The translations under genes and the position numbers were made by a program. 31,282 bases of DNA from Gammaproteobacteria bacterium (lineage in GTDB: Bacteria > Pseudomonadota > Gammaproteobacteria > CAJXQU01). Of the stretch, positions 17,587-28,990 are shown piece after piece. A model generated the notes under the pieces. The model did no database searches. It was given only the letters and a program-made list of their open reading frames with translations, and was not told the DNA's origin. The DNA lies in the NCBI GenBank assembly GCA_026984275.1, contig JALSSM010000437.1, positions 1 to 31,282 on the forward strand, written 5' to 3'. Within the stretch, counting starts at the first letter, position 1. Every line of letters begins with the position of its first letter.

Positions 17587-18825
17587 TTAAAAATTACCCT
17601 TAAACCAACTTTTCATCCTTTCCCACATACTCCCAACGCCCGACTCTGATCCAGATCGACCTGCACCTGTTTGAGAATAGGTACTCCCAAACAACAACAA
17701 ACCAACACCGGTTGCATAAATCGGGTTACTCACAACATCTACCAGACCGGTCACCCCTGTCGGGATACCTGATCGGACTGGCATATGAAAGACTTCTTCT
17801 GCCAGATCGATAACCCCTTCCATCTTGGAACTGCCTCCTGTCAGAACGACGCCTGCCGCCATCAATTCTGCGAATCCACTTTTCTTCAGCTCCGCATTAA
17901 TAAACATAAATAATTCTTCATAACGTGGTTCTACGACTTCTGCCAATGTTTGACGTGCAAGACGTCTGGACGCACGTTCTCCAACACCCTGGACTTCAAT
18001 CGTTTCATCCGGATTGGCCAATTGTGTTAAAGCACAGGCATATTTGATCTTGATTTCTTCTGCATGCTGAGTCGGTGTACGCAATGCCACAGCAATATCA
18101 TTGGTGACCTGATCACCGGCAATCGGTATAACCGCCGTGTGTTGAATGGCGCCATTGAGAAAAATCGCAATGTCGGTCGTACCACCACCAATATCCACCA
18201 GACAAACACCCAGATCCTTTTCATCATCAGTTAACACAGCATGGCTTGATGCCAGTTGTTGCAAGATCACTTCATCAACTTCCAGACCGCAACGACGCAC
18301 ACATTTTTCGATATTCTGTGCCGCACTGACGGCACCAGTCACCATATGAACCTTAGCTTCCAGCCTGACACCAGACATGCCGATTGGCTCACGAATATCT
18401 TCCTGTTTGTCGATAATGAATTCCTGAGCCAGCACATGGAGAATTTTCTGATCAGATGGTATGGCGACAGCCCTTGCAGCATCCAGTACGCGATCAACAT
18501 CACCCTGCACAACTTCACTATCTCTGATCGCAACAATACCGTGAGAATTAAGACTGCTGATATGGCTACCAGCAATTCCGGTAAATACTGATCGGATCTC
18601 ACAACCCGCCATTAATTCAGCTTCCTGTACCGCACGCTGAATGGATTGAACCGTTGATTCAATATTGACGACGACACCTTTTTTCAATCCCCGGGAAGCA
18701 TGCGATCCAAGACCTATGACTTCGATTTCACCACTCTCATCAACTTCCCCAACAATCGCGACGACTTTGGAAGTACCGATATCCAGTCCAACGATCAGAT
18801 TTTTTTCTGCTTTTTTAATTACCAT
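17587..18825 (-). CDS. ftsA: Cell division protein FtsA
   Basis: GLDIGTSKV, LVDIGGGTTD, VVLTGGSS, C-terminal amphipathic MWERMKSWFKGNF. Confidence 0.98.
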   Translation of the reverse strand: MVIKKAEKNLIVGLDIGTSKVVAIVGEVDESGEIEVIGLGSHASRGLKKGVVVNIESTVQSIQRAVQEAELMAGCEIRSVFTGIAGSHISSLNSHGIVAIRDSEVVQGDVDRVLDAARAVAIPSDQKILHVLAQEFIIDKQEDIREPIGMSGVRLEAKVHMVTGAVSAAQNIEKCVRRCGLEVDEVILQQLASSHAVLTDDEKDLGVCLVDIGGGTTDIAIFLNGAIQHTAVIPIAGDQVTNDIAVALRTPTQHAEEIKIKYACALTQLANPDETIEVQGVGERASRRLARQTLAEVVEPRYEELFMFINAELKKSGFAELMAAGVVLTGGSSKMEGVIDLAEEVFHMPVRSGIPTGVTGLVDVVSNPIYATGVGLLLFGSTYSQTGAGRSGSESGVGSMWERMKSWFKGNF

Positions 18826-18828
18826 CTG

Positions 18829-19686
18829 TCATGTCCCTCTTGCATCACTGTCGGTCATTGTCTGATCCATATTCTGTTTATAATTCCGGGTTAAACTCTC
18901 GACTTCGTTTTCATCCTGTTTACGTACGGTAAAACCATTGGTGTATCTCAGATCAACCTGAGCGACCTGCTCCAGACCTTTACCTAACAAACCTTCCACT
19001 TTCTTCACGTATTTCCAGAGCCTCTCATCAACATTTTTACGACCGAGAATCACTGTTGGACCATAATTGACTTTGAAACGCCAACCCCTTCGTTCATTCA
19101 ACTCGACCCAGGCCACACTCCGTCCGTTTGCGCTCAGCAGGCCCATCAGAGTTTTGTATTTTTCAAAAACCAGATGCTCCGTTCCTTCAGGACCTTTTAA
19201 GGTGATCAGCCCCTTCGGAAATGTCGTATCCTCCGGTTTAAATAATTCGCCTTTATGATTCAGAAAACCGCTCTTTCCCCAACGAACAACAGCATTCTGT
19301 TCTTTAATTTTTACGTATAAGGTATCCGGCCATAGCTTTCTTACCGTCGCTTCTCGTACCCATGGCGCCTTCGTGACTGCACGTCTTATCTTCTCGACAT
19401 CCAGTGTGAAAAAACCACCGTTCACATTCTCTGCTACCAGTTTCTCCAACGTCTTTGTAGACAAATAGCGATACTCACCCTCGACCTTTACTGCTTTGAT
19501 CGGAAGTGTTGCCGGATCAGCCATCATTCCAGCCAGCCATGTGACCAGGCCGATACAACCAAACACCGCCATGAATCCAATCATGGTCAAACTACTACGA
19601 ACCATTTGCCGATCTTTTATGACTGACACCCGTTTTTTAATTCGGCGATTCTGTTTTCTGCGATTTGTTTTATTTTTGATCATCAC
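18829..19686 (-). CDS. ftsQ: Cell division protein FtsQ/DivIB
   Basis: Basic N-terminal tail, one TM segment, POTRA region (PWVREATVRKLWPDTL), beta domain with VDLRYTNGF. Lies between ddl and ftsA. Start is GTG 19686 or ATG 19683. Confidence 0.9.
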   Translation of the reverse strand: MMIKNKTNRRKQNRRIKKRVSVIKDRQMVRSSLTMIGFMAVFGCIGLVTWLAGMMADPATLPIKAVKVEGEYRYLSTKTLEKLVAENVNGGFFTLDVEKIRRAVTKAPWVREATVRKLWPDTLYVKIKEQNAVVRWGKSGFLNHKGELFKPEDTTFPKGLITLKGPEGTEHLVFEKYKTLMGLLSANGRSVAWVELNERRGWRFKVNYGPTVILGRKNVDERLWKYVKKVEGLLGKGLEQVAQVDLRYTNGFTVRKQDENEVESLTRNYKQNMDQTMTDSDARGT

Positions 19687-20609
19687 AAACTCGTCTCAAG
19701 TATTCTGATCACCAACTCATCAAACTCAATGCCTTGCTGTTTGGCGGCCATAGGAACCAGTGAATGACTGGTCATTCCGGGTACGGTATTGACCTCGATA
19801 AAGAAGGCTTCCCCTTCCTCATTCAACATCAGATCAACACGTCCCCAGCCGGAGCAATTCACGGCTTCGAATGCCTGTAATGCCATCAACTGAATTTCTT
19901 TTTCTACAGCAACCTCCAACCCACAGGGACAAATATAACGGGTCGTGTTTTCTTCATATTTAGCCTGGTAATCATAAAAATCCCGGGGTGTTTCCAGTTT
20001 GATCATCGGCAAGGCTTCACCCTTCAAAATTCCCACCGTATATTCGCCGCCTGTGATCCATTGTTCGATCAACACATTGTCATCAAACTTTTTTGCCTCA
20101 TGCCATGCCGGCAACAACTGATGAATCTCATCAACTTTACTGGCACCATAACTCGATCCTTCCCGTGCCGGCTTGACCATGAGTGGCAAGCCCAGTTCAT
20201 CAATCACCTGCTGAGAATCGGGTTCTTCTTGAGGCGTCATAAAGCCTGGTGTGGAAATCCCGATGGCCGTCCATATCTGTTTTGTCCTTTTTTTATCCAT
20301 CGCCAGTGCCGACCCCTGCACACCGCTACCTGTATAGGGAATTTCAAGCGTTTCCAACACACCCTGGATCACACCATCTTCACCACCACGTCCATGTAAC
20401 GCATTAAAAACGCGATCAACTTTTCTGGCCAATAACGGTTCTGGAATGCCACCTTGCCAGTCAACACCTTCTGCATCGACACCCGATCGTAATAAGGCAC
20501 TTAATACGGCATTCCCACTTTCCAGTGAGATCTCACGTTCAGCGGAATTACCGCCCATCAAAACAGCCACTTTGCCAAAAGATCGAATCGTTTCCAGAAT
20601 CTTAGTCAT
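19683..20609 (-). CDS. ddl: D-alanine--D-alanine ligase
   Basis: VAVLMGGNSAEREISL, LHGRGGEDG, VKPAREGSS, omega loop FYDYQAKY (Tyr type), EVNTVPGMT. Start placed at ATG 20609. Confidence 0.96.
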   Translation of the reverse strand: MTKILETIRSFGKVAVLMGGNSAEREISLESGNAVLSALLRSGVDAEGVDWQGGIPEPLLARKVDRVFNALHGRGGEDGVIQGVLETLEIPYTGSGVQGSALAMDKKRTKQIWTAIGISTPGFMTPQEEPDSQQVIDELGLPLMVKPAREGSSYGASKVDEIHQLLPAWHEAKKFDDNVLIEQWITGGEYTVGILKGEALPMIKLETPRDFYDYQAKYEENTTRYICPCGLEVAVEKEIQLMALQAFEAVNCSGWGRVDLMLNEEGEAFFIEVNTVPGMTSHSLVPMAAKQQGIEFDELVIRILETSL

Positions 20610-21510
20610 CACCAACGATCCTCACTTCCGATTCCAGTTGTATGCCATGCTGCTGTTTTACCCTGTCCGCTATCAGTAAAATCAATTGTTCAATATCAGT
20701 CGCTGTAGCATTCCCAAGATTGATAATAAAATTTGCATGTTTTTCGGAAACCTGTGCATCACCTATTTGAAAACCTTTTAGTCCAGTGGCCTCGATCAGA
20801 CGTGCCGCATAATCACCTTCTGGATTCCGAAAAACTGAACCACAACTTGGCAATCCCATTGGTTGTGATTCTGATCGTTTGGCCAGAAGTTGTTTGATCT
20901 TTTGCAGACTTGCCTCACCATCTCCAGTCTCAAGCTTGAAATGAGCCGCCACAAACCACTCGCCTTCATGTGCATCAACAGGCCCGAGCACCGATCGATA
21001 TCCGATCAGATATTGATCACGATCACGTAAATGAAATTCACCCTGCCGATCCAGTGTTTCCACCTTTTCAATATTCGGCCAGGTTTCGCCGCCGAATGCG
21101 CCGGCATTCATCGCCAGCGCACCCCCGACTGTCCCCGGAATACCGGCCAGAAATTCCAGTCCGGTAAAACCCTGTTTTGCACAGCGTTTTGCCACAATGG
21201 CACAAGGCACTCCAGCCTCGACACGTAGTGTCTTAGCATCAAGAATTTCAAAACCATCCAGCATCCCGGTGGGGCAGATCACACTGCCCCGGATCCCCCG
21301 ATCCCTCACTAATAAATTACTGCCCAGGCCCACCATCGTGACCGGCTCTTTATCCGGTAATTGGCGCAAATAGTTGGCCAGATCATCAATATCAGCTGGC
21401 TCATAATAATGATCTGCCGTTCCACCCACTCGCCATGAAGTGTGCTTCGACATGGGTTCATCGAGCCTCAATACTCCACGTAATTCTGGTGGTGTGTTCA
21501 TCGCGGCCAT
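20602..21510 (-). CDS. murB: UDP-N-acetylenolpyruvoylglucosamine reductase MurB (short, type II-like)
   Basis: HTSWRVGG, GLGSNLLV, GIPGTVGGALAMNAGAFG, GSVFRNP, KHANF, LESEV. About 302 aa; ATG 21510 overlaps the murC stop. Confidence 0.95.
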   Translation of the reverse strand: MAAMNTPPELRGVLRLDEPMSKHTSWRVGGTADHYYEPADIDDLANYLRQLPDKEPVTMVGLGSNLLVRDRGIRGSVICPTGMLDGFEILDAKTLRVEAGVPCAIVAKRCAKQGFTGLEFLAGIPGTVGGALAMNAGAFGGETWPNIEKVETLDRQGEFHLRDRDQYLIGYRSVLGPVDAHEGEWFVAAHFKLETGDGEASLQKIKQLLAKRSESQPMGLPSCGSVFRNPEGDYAARLIEATGLKGFQIGDAQVSEKHANFIINLGNATATDIEQLILLIADRVKQQHGIQLESEVRIVGDD

Positions 21511-22937
21511 CACGCTGCCTCACTCCCGTAGGTATCGATCAGTTGTTCTGCGACGTGACCAATACTGCCAGCGCCCATCACTAGCACAATGTCACCGTCT
21601 TCTATAAAAGCCGGAATGACTGAAACGATCTCGTCTGGCTGATCGACGAAAATAGGATCAACCTGACCACGTAATCTGATCGCTCGACTCAGTGCTTTGC
21701 TGTCTGCTTCAGCGATGGGTTTCTCACCGGCTGAATAAATATTGAGTAATAACAAAGCATCAGCTTGTGACAATATTTGTGTAAAATCTTCAAACAGATC
21801 CCGTGTTCGTGTGTAACGATGCGGCTGGTAAACCATGACCAGACGTCGCTCTGGCCAGCCTTCACGAATGGCTGAGATGGTTGCCGCGATCTCACTGGGA
21901 TGATGGCCATAATCGTCCACTATCATCGCTTTATTTTTTTCAATTTGGATCGTTCCATGGATCTGAAAACGTCGACCAATACCCTGAAAGTTTTCCAGCC
22001 CACGACACATGGCTTCTTCTGAAACACCCAGTTCATGAGCTACAGAAATCGCAGCCAGGGAATTCAGGACATTGTGCAAACCCGGCATGTTCAATTGCAC
22101 TTCAAATGAGTTCTCATGATCAGGTAAAACCACATTAAATTGGCTGACACCCTCAGAGTAAGTGATGCCTGTTGCCCTGATATCTGCATTTTCATGCGTT
22201 CCATATGTCAGTACCGGTTTGGTTAATTCAGGCAAAATTTCTCTTGCCATCGGATCGTCATAACAAATCACAGCCTTTCCATAAAATGGTAAGCGACGAA
22301 GAAATTCCAGAAATGCTCCCCGTAGCTGTTCGATGTCACCACCATACGTTTCCATGTGATCCATATCGATATTTGTCAGGACGGCGATCACAGGTTGTAG
22401 ATGTAAAAATGAAGCATCACTCTCATCGGCTTCAGCGACCAGATATCGACTCTCACCAAGTTGTGCATGTTTTCCAGAGCTGTTGAGACGGCCTCCGATC
22501 ACATAAGTTGGATCCAGCCCACCTTCGGCCAGCAAACTTGCTACCAGGCTGGTCGTTGTGGTTTTGCCATGCGTTCCTGCAATCGCAATCCCATAACGAA
22601 AACGCATCAGTTCAGCAAGCATTTCAGCACGAGGAATGACCGGAATTCGATTCTCTCTGGCATAGGCAATTTCAGGGTTTTCCAGATCAATCGCACTGGA
22701 AACGACAACAGCATCACTATCACTAACCTGATCTGCAGCATGGCCTATAAAAACTTTAATACCCAGATCTGCCAGACGTTGGGTCACTGCATTTTCCGCA
22801 ATATCTGAGCCCGAGACTTTATAGCCGAGATTATGCAAAACTTCGGCAATGCCGCTCATGCCGACACCGCCGATACCCACAAAGTGAATATTTCGTGCGC
22901 GCCCCATGCCCATTGTCTTCATTTCCTGGCTATCCAT
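21510..22937 (-). CDS. murC: UDP-N-acetylmuramate--L-alanine ligase
   Basis: [36 protein letters not shown]. Start moved to ATG 22937, with GGAGG upstream inside the murG end. Confidence 0.97.
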   Translation of the reverse strand: MDSQEMKTMGMGRARNIHFVGIGGVGMSGIAEVLHNLGYKVSGSDIAENAVTQRLADLGIKVFIGHAADQVSDSDAVVVSSAIDLENPEIAYARENRIPVIPRAEMLAELMRFRYGIAIAGTHGKTTTTSLVASLLAEGGLDPTYVIGGRLNSSGKHAQLGESRYLVAEADESDASFLHLQPVIAVLTNIDMDHMETYGGDIEQLRGAFLEFLRRLPFYGKAVICYDDPMAREILPELTKPVLTYGTHENADIRATGITYSEGVSQFNVVLPDHENSFEVQLNMPGLHNVLNSLAAISVAHELGVSEEAMCRGLENFQGIGRRFQIHGTIQIEKNKAMIVDDYGHHPSEIAATISAIREGWPERRLVMVYQPHRYTRTRDLFEDFTQILSQADALLLLNIYSAGEKPIAEADSKALSRAIRLRGQVDPIFVDQPDEIVSVIPAFIEDGDIVLVMGAGSIGHVAEQLIDTYGSEAA

Positions 22938-23991
22938 AGGCCACCTCCATGAGTGACCGGGCAACCTTTTCTGCGGCATCCGTCATGGCCATTTTTTTAG
23001 CCCTGGCAGACATGTCGCTGATCAGATCTGGAGTAGAAATCCACTCTTCAATCATGGGCGTAAGTTTTTCTTTCGTCAGATCACGATCCTGAATAATGAT
23101 CGCAGCGCCCGCATCGGCAAGGTAATGCGCGTTTGCCGTCTGATGATCGTCAACGGCATAAGGATATGGAACCAGAATCGCAGGCAGACCCGCTACTGCC
23201 AGTTCGGAAATCGTCAAGGCACCTGCACGGCAGATCACAAAATCAGCCCAGGCATAAGCCTGTTCAATATCGTCCAGAAATGGATCAACACGTGCATCAA
23301 TTCCAAGTTCCTTATATCTATTCCTGGTTTGTTCAAAATCACGTTGGCCAGTCTGATGCCAGATCTGTGGCCGCTCAGAGAGTTGAGACAAACTTTCTGG
23401 TATGACTCGATTCAATGTCATCGCACCGAGACTGCCACCGACGATCAGGATCCGTTTTTCATGGTGCGGTTTGATCTGTTTAGTCAGATTAATGATTGAA
23501 TTTCTGACCGGATTACCGACATGCTCTGCCGCTCGTTTTTCCGGAAATGTTCCGGGAAATGCTTCAAATACACGTGTCGCTATTTTTGATAACCAGCGAT
23601 TGGTCATTCCGGCGATGGCATTTTGCTCATGAATCAATAGAGGAATACGCATCAACCAGGCAGCAATACCACCAGGGCCGCTGGCAAAACCACCCATACC
23701 CAGAACGGCCGCTGGACGATGAGTCATCATTATTTTCATTGCCTGTGCGACCGCAAACAGAATCTTGAAAGGTGCGATCAGGATAGTGATCAAACCCTTA
23801 CCTCGAACACCTGCAATACTTAATGTTAAAAGGCGATAGCCTGCATCCGGAACCACTCTGGCTTCCAGTCCTTTTTCTGTTCCCAGCCATAACAATGGAA
23901 TTTCTCTGGCATTTAAATAATCAGCAACCGCCAGTGCCGGGAAGACATGTCCGCCAGTTCCACCGGCCATGATCATGATCGGCCGATTCAT
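22930..23991 (-). CDS. murG: Undecaprenyl-PP-MurNAc-pentapeptide GlcNAc transferase MurG
   Basis: [48 protein letters not shown]. Confidence 0.97.
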   Translation of the reverse strand: MNRPIMIMAGGTGGHVFPALAVADYLNAREIPLLWLGTEKGLEARVVPDAGYRLLTLSIAGVRGKGLITILIAPFKILFAVAQAMKIMMTHRPAAVLGMGGFASGPGGIAAWLMRIPLLIHEQNAIAGMTNRWLSKIATRVFEAFPGTFPEKRAAEHVGNPVRNSIINLTKQIKPHHEKRILIVGGSLGAMTLNRVIPESLSQLSERPQIWHQTGQRDFEQTRNRYKELGIDARVDPFLDDIEQAYAWADFVICRAGALTISELAVAGLPAILVPYPYAVDDHQTANAHYLADAGAAIIIQDRDLTKEKLTPMIEEWISTPDLISDMSARAKKMAMTDAAEKVARSLMEVAYG

Positions 23992-25172
23992 TCTTCGACC
24001 TCCTCACCATCAAATTCAAGACGGTTTTCATAATCAACCCGCAGGATCAATGCTATCGCTATGCACATCATGATCAGGCTGTTACCACCATAGCTTATAA
24101 AAGGAAGTGTCAGTCCTTTGGTCGGCAGAGCGCCCATATTCACACCCATGTTAAAAAATGCCTGCATACCTATGAGGAGGCCGAATCCGTAGGCCAGGTA
24201 TGCAGGAAAGTATCTTCCACCCCTTTCAGCTTGTGCGGCGATACAGAACACTCGCCAGATAAAAAATGTAAACAGTGCAATCAGAGTCAGACAACCAAAC
24301 AGTCCCAGCTCTTCTGCGAAAACAGAAAAAATAAAATCGGTGTGCGCTTCCGGCAGATAGAATAATTTCTGCACACTACTGCCTAGTCCGACGCCAAACC
24401 ATTCACCTCGACCAATGGCGATCAAGGCCTGGGTTAACTGAAAACCTGTGTTATATGGATCAGACCAGGGATCCATAAAGGTCAGCAGACGTTGCATTCG
24501 ATAAGGTGACATCATCGCAACCGCTGCTAAAGCCATAACTGCAATACTTCCCCAGACGATAATTCGTAGCAGAGGAATGCCTGCAATAAATAACAACCCA
24601 AGCATGCAGGAGAACAACAGAACAGAAGTACCAAAATCTGGTTCCATAAGTAACAGACCGCAGATAATAGTCATGACTATAATGGGATTATAAAGACCGG
24701 CAAAACTTGTTCGGACCTGTACCAGATGTGTTTCCATATAACCGGCGAGATAAATAATCACCAGCAGTTTCGCGATCTCAGAGGCTTGCAGATCATAAAC
24801 ACCCAGGTCAACCCAACGAGCGGCACCATTGACCTCTTTACCAAGCGGTGAGATAACAATGGCTAATAGAACCAGTGTCACTAACAGAAACAGGTATCTG
24901 AATTGTTTCAGAACAACCAGGGGTGTTTTAAGTGCGATCACTCCAGCAATAAGACCAATCCCCAGTGCAACCATTTGTCGCCAGAAATAATACAAGCGAG
25001 CTCCTTCCTCTTTTCCCAATGGATCAGCAATCGAGATAGAAGCTGAAGCCACCATCACCAATCCAAGACCGATCAGGATTGCAACACAACCGATCAACCA
25101 CCAGTCATATTGTGCTTCACTCTGATAAGCTAGCCCATGGTTAGAATTTCTGATTGGCATTGCGTGACTCAT
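23988..25172 (-). CDS. ftsW: Peptidoglycan polymerase FtsW (SEDS family)
   Basis: About 10 TM segments. GARWV, QASEIAK, EPDFG, LPEAHTDFIF, GLTLPFISYGG. Confidence 0.96.
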   Translation of the reverse strand: MSHAMPIRNSNHGLAYQSEAQYDWWLIGCVAILIGLGLVMVASASISIADPLGKEEGARLYYFWRQMVALGIGLIAGVIALKTPLVVLKQFRYLFLLVTLVLLAIVISPLGKEVNGAARWVDLGVYDLQASEIAKLLVIIYLAGYMETHLVQVRTSFAGLYNPIIVMTIICGLLLMEPDFGTSVLLFSCMLGLLFIAGIPLLRIIVWGSIAVMALAAVAMMSPYRMQRLLTFMDPWSDPYNTGFQLTQALIAIGRGEWFGVGLGSSVQKLFYLPEAHTDFIFSVFAEELGLFGCLTLIALFTFFIWRVFCIAAQAERGGRYFPAYLAYGFGLLIGMQAFFNMGVNMGALPTKGLTLPFISYGGNSLIMMCIAIALILRVDYENRLEFDGEEVEE

Positions 25173-26530
25173 CAGCTTGGCTCCCTGTCCAGAAGCTTTT
25201 GAACTGCATCTATAAAGACCTGGCCACGCTGTTGATAATCTGCGAACATATCCAGACTGGCACAGGCTGGCGACATTAAAACAAGATCACCTCTTTCTGC
25301 ATTTTGATGAGCCAGAGTGACAGCCTGAACAAGATCGTCAACACACTTAACAGCCGTCACACGATTCAGAACCTGCTCCAGTAATGGCGCATCTTTTCCA
25401 AACAGGATGGCCAACTTGACCTGATCTCTGACAACTAAAGCCAGTTCTTCAAATTTCGCTCCTTTGGCGTCTCCGCCTGCGATCAAGATGATTTGTCTGT
25501 CTGAAAAACCTTTTATCGCCGCAACGGTCGCACCTTCATTTGTGCCCTTGGAATCGTTGTACCAGTCAACACCATTCTGTGCTGCGATCCACTGGCAACG
25601 ATGTGGTAACCCCGACCAGGTTCTCAAAACATCCAGCATACTTTCTTCTTTCAACCCGGCGGCCTGCCCCAGAGCCAGAGCAGCCAGGGCATTCGCGACA
25701 TTATGTGATCCCTGGATCTTCATCTCACTAACAGACATCAGTTTTCTGTCTCCGAAAGACAACCAGGAATCACCATTGATTTCCTGCAAACCAAATTCAT
25801 TTTGACCTGGTTTATTCAGGGTAAAACGTGTGACCTGACGATCCGTTCTCATCATACTGGCAACCATTGGATCATCCGCGTTCAGGATCATTTCACCACC
25901 GCCCTGAAAGATCCTTTCCTTGGCCTCGGCATACTCTGCAACACCGGCATAACGATCCATGTGATCCTCAGAAATATTCAACACCGTTGCAGCGATCGAA
26001 TTCAAACTGTGGGTTGTTTCAAGCTGGAAACTGGATAACTCCAGTACATAGAGATCCGGTTCAGGATCTTCGATCAGATCCAGAGCGGGCGTACCCAGAT
26101 TTCCACCTGCCCTGACAGTAAGACCTGACGCCTTTGCCATTTCATAAACCAAAGTCGTCACCGTACTTTTTCCATTCGCCCCGGTGATCGCAACCACGGG
26201 TGCGTCAGCATGTCGAGCAAACAACTCAATATCACCAATCATCTCAACACCCGCCTGGGCTGCTCTGATTAGGGCAGGATGTCTTACAGACACACCAGGA
26301 CTGACCAGGCACTGCTTTGCCTGCATGATCAGGTCAAGATCCAGATCACCGGTGCTGATCATGACATCAGGATATTGTTTCTGTAATTCGGCCAGTCCCG
26401 GTGGCGACTTTCGACTATCAGTGACGGCAAAAGACAAACCTCTGCTACCCAGAAAACGTGCACACGACAGACCTGTCACGCCAAGACCGACGATCACCGT
26501 ATCAACATTTAAGCTGGTCTGTTTATTCAT
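25172..26530 (-). CDS. murD: UDP-N-acetylmuramoyl-L-alanine--D-glutamate ligase
   Basis: GLGVTG, ITGANGKSTVT, ELSSFQL, HMDRY, NDSKGTN, SPACASLDMF. Start moved to ATG 26530, after the mraY stop. Confidence 0.97.
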   Translation of the reverse strand: MNKQTSLNVDTVIVGLGVTGLSCARFLGSRGLSFAVTDSRKSPPGLAELQKQYPDVMISTGDLDLDLIMQAKQCLVSPGVSVRHPALIRAAQAGVEMIGDIELFARHADAPVVAITGANGKSTVTTLVYEMAKASGLTVRAGGNLGTPALDLIEDPEPDLYVLELSSFQLETTHSLNSIAATVLNISEDHMDRYAGVAEYAEAKERIFQGGGEMILNADDPMVASMMRTDRQVTRFTLNKPGQNEFGLQEINGDSWLSFGDRKLMSVSEMKIQGSHNVANALAALALGQAAGLKEESMLDVLRTWSGLPHRCQWIAAQNGVDWYNDSKGTNEGATVAAIKGFSDRQIILIAGGDAKGAKFEELALVVRDQVKLAILFGKDAPLLEQVLNRVTAVKCVDDLVQAVTLAHQNAERGDLVLMSPACASLDMFADYQQRGQVFIDAVQKLLDREPS

Positions 26531-26556
26531 GTGTAATTTTCCAGTCACCTTTTCAC

Positions 26557-27639
26557 CTATCTGATCTTCAAGGTTGCCAACCCAATCAATACCAGCATGA
26601 CCGTAATGATCCAGAATCGGACAATCACTCTTGGTTCCGGCCAACCTTTTAACTCATAATGATGATGCAAAGGAGCCATGTTGAAGATCCGTTTACCCGT
26701 TAATTTGAATGAGGCAACCTGTAACATGACGGAGACAGCCTCAATCACAAAAATGCCTCCCATAATAAAAAGCACCAGCTCCTGACGGACGATCACAGCT
26801 ACGGTTCCTAAAGCCGCGCCCAGTGCAAGCGCGCCGATGTCGCCCATAAAGACCTGTGCTGGGTAAGTGTTAAACCACAGGAATCCAAGCCCCGATCCAA
26901 CGATCGCGCCACAGAAAATACACAACTCACCCGTACCGGCGATGTAGGGAAATCCCAGATAATCTGAGAACTTCACGTTACCTGTGACATAAGCAAAAAT
27001 AATAAAAGCACCGGCAACAAGGACACAGGGCATGATCGCTAATCCATCCAGACCATCGGTCAGGTTCACCGCATTGCTGGTGCCTACAATCACGAAATAC
27101 ACAAATGGAATAAATAAGAATCCCAGAGGTATGTGGACATCTTTGAAAAAGGGGATCAGTAGTTCTGTTTCAGGTTCTGTCACAGCGGTTGAATAAAGAA
27201 AAATAGCCGCCGCCAAACCAATCACTGATTGCCAGAAATACTTATAACGAGCCGGTAATCCTGCTGAATTTCTCTCGACGATTTTTCGATAATCATCCAC
27301 CCAGCCAACAACCCCGAACAAAGCGGTGACCAGTAACACGACCCAGACAAACTTGTTCGTCAGATCACTCCATAATAATGTGCTGACACCCACGGCAACC
27401 AGGATCAATAAACCACCCATGGTGGGTGTTCCTGCTTTTACCAGATGGGTCTCTGGACCATCCTCCCGAACGCTCTGACCGATCTGATAACGAGTCAGGT
27501 AACGGATCATCCACGGACCAACAAAAAGTGAGATAAATAACGCTGTCAGGACACCAAGAATGGTACGCAATGTCAGATACTGAAAGACATTAAATCCAGA
27601 ATGAAACTGAGTTAGATAATCAGCCAGAATCAGAAGCAT
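26557..27639 (-). CDS. mraY: Phospho-N-acetylmuramoyl-pentapeptide transferase
   Basis: [41 protein letters not shown]. Start moved to ATG 27639 (360 aa), with GGAG upstream. Confidence 0.97.
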   Translation of the reverse strand: MLLILADYLTQFHSGFNVFQYLTLRTILGVLTALFISLFVGPWMIRYLTRYQIGQSVREDGPETHLVKAGTPTMGGLLILVAVGVSTLLWSDLTNKFVWVVLLVTALFGVVGWVDDYRKIVERNSAGLPARYKYFWQSVIGLAAAIFLYSTAVTEPETELLIPFFKDVHIPLGFLFIPFVYFVIVGTSNAVNLTDGLDGLAIMPCVLVAGAFIIFAYVTGNVKFSDYLGFPYIAGTGELCIFCGAIVGSGLGFLWFNTYPAQVFMGDIGALALGAALGTVAVIVRQELVLFIMGGIFVIEAVSVMLQVASFKLTGKRIFNMAPLHHHYELKGWPEPRVIVRFWIITVMLVLIGLATLKIR

Positions 27640-28990
27640 GTTCACTCTCCAGTGCCTGTACAACCGTTTCCATTTTGGCTGCACGGGAACCTTTTATTAA
27701 GAGCGTGATATCCTTATCCGACTCCTTTTTTATACTTTTTATTTTTTCGATCATTTCAGCATGATCCGTAAAATGTTCCGCTCCGGCTCCAAATGCCTGA
27801 GCGGCCTTCTGACTTAATTGACCTATCGTAAATAATCGTTCTACTCCTGCCTGTCGTGCAAGCTCACCGGCATCTTCATGTAGATCTTCTGCAGACTCAC
27901 CCAGTTCACCCATATCACCCAGAGCTAACCAGTGACGGCCAGTTGAGTTAATCAACACATCCAGCGCAGCAGAAAATGAACCCGGGTTTGCGTTATAAGT
28001 GTCATCAATAATCTGACATTTTTGATCTCCCGATTTGAACTGTAATCTGCCGGGCACTCCCTGCAATGCTTCCAGTCCATCACGAATATCCTTTAAAGGA
28101 ATATCCAGAGCTTTTGCACAAGCGGCAGCCGCCAGAGCATTCATAATGTTATGACGCCCAGGAAGCGAAAGTTTCAGATCAATTTCTTCACCTGGCGCTT
28201 TTAACTGGAAATGGCTACTCTTTGTGTTGACTGAAATGATAGAAGCCGTGATGTCGGCAGCTTCTTGCAGACCAAATCTGATAATCTGACATTCTCCAGC
28301 CATCTGTTCCCACAATGGTGAAAATTTATCATCCGCATTGATGATCGCAATTCCCTCTTTTGCCAACGATTCAAAAATTTCACCTTTGGCCAGGGCAACA
28401 TTTTCAATGGTTCCAAATCCTTCAAGGTGTGCTGGTGAACATTGCGTTACAACGGCCACCATGGGTATCGCCATTTCGCACAGCCGTGCAATCTCGCCCG
28501 CATGATTTGCACCCATTTCAATAATGGCAAAGTCATGTTGCGGATCAAGATTGAAAAGCGTTTGCGGAACGCCAATCTCATTATTGAGGTTCCTTCTGGT
28601 AGCCAGAACGTTGCCACAACGCGAGAGTATCGAGTTCAGCATCTCTTTAACGGTCGTTTTACCATTGCTTCCCGTGATTGCAACGACAGGCATCTTGAAC
28701 TGCTGACGCCAAATGGTGGCCAGATCGCCCAACGCCCGCCGTGTATTCTCTACTCTTAATGTCGGCAGGTTTGTCTTAACATCCTGATCGATCATGACGG
28801 CGCTGGCACCCGCTTCTTCCGCCACGCCCAGGTAATCATGACCATCAAAACTGGGGCCATGTAAAGCCACGAATAACTCACCTTTTTTTATGCTTCGAGT
28901 GTCCGTAGAACAACCAGTGAAAACCGTATCTCCACCAGACAGAGTAGCATTCAGATTATCGGCAACAGTTTGCAAAGAAAGGCTAATCAT
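27620..28990 (-). CDS. murF: UDP-N-acetylmuramoyl-tripeptide--D-alanyl-D-alanine ligase
   Basis: [43 protein letters not shown]. Start moved to ATG 28990, with GAGGGAG upstream. Confidence 0.96.
   Translation of the reverse strand: MISLSLQTVADNLNATLSGGDTVFTGCSTDTRSIKKGELFVALHGPSFDGHDYLGVAEEAGASAVMIDQDVKTNLPTLRVENTRRALGDLATIWRQQFKMPVVAITGSNGKTTVKEMLNSILSRCGNVLATRRNLNNEIGVPQTLFNLDPQHDFAIIEMGANHAGEIARLCEMAIPMVAVVTQCSPAHLEGFGTIENVALAKGEIFESLAKEGIAIINADDKFSPLWEQMAGECQIIRFGLQEAADITASIISVNTKSSHFQLKAPGEEIDLKLSLPGRHNIMNALAAAACAKALDIPLKDIRDGLEALQGVPGRLQFKSGDQKCQIIDDTYNANPGSFSAALDVLINSTGRHWLALGDMGELGESAEDLHEDAGELARQAGVERLFTIGQLSQKAAQAFGAGAEHFTDHAEMIEKIKSIKKESDKDITLLIKGSRAAKMETVVQALESEHASDSG

Noticed and set aside
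18829-18920. Acidic/polar C-terminal extension of FtsQ
   Set aside because: FtsQ C-termini vary in length, and there is no motif or repeat suggesting a separate function.
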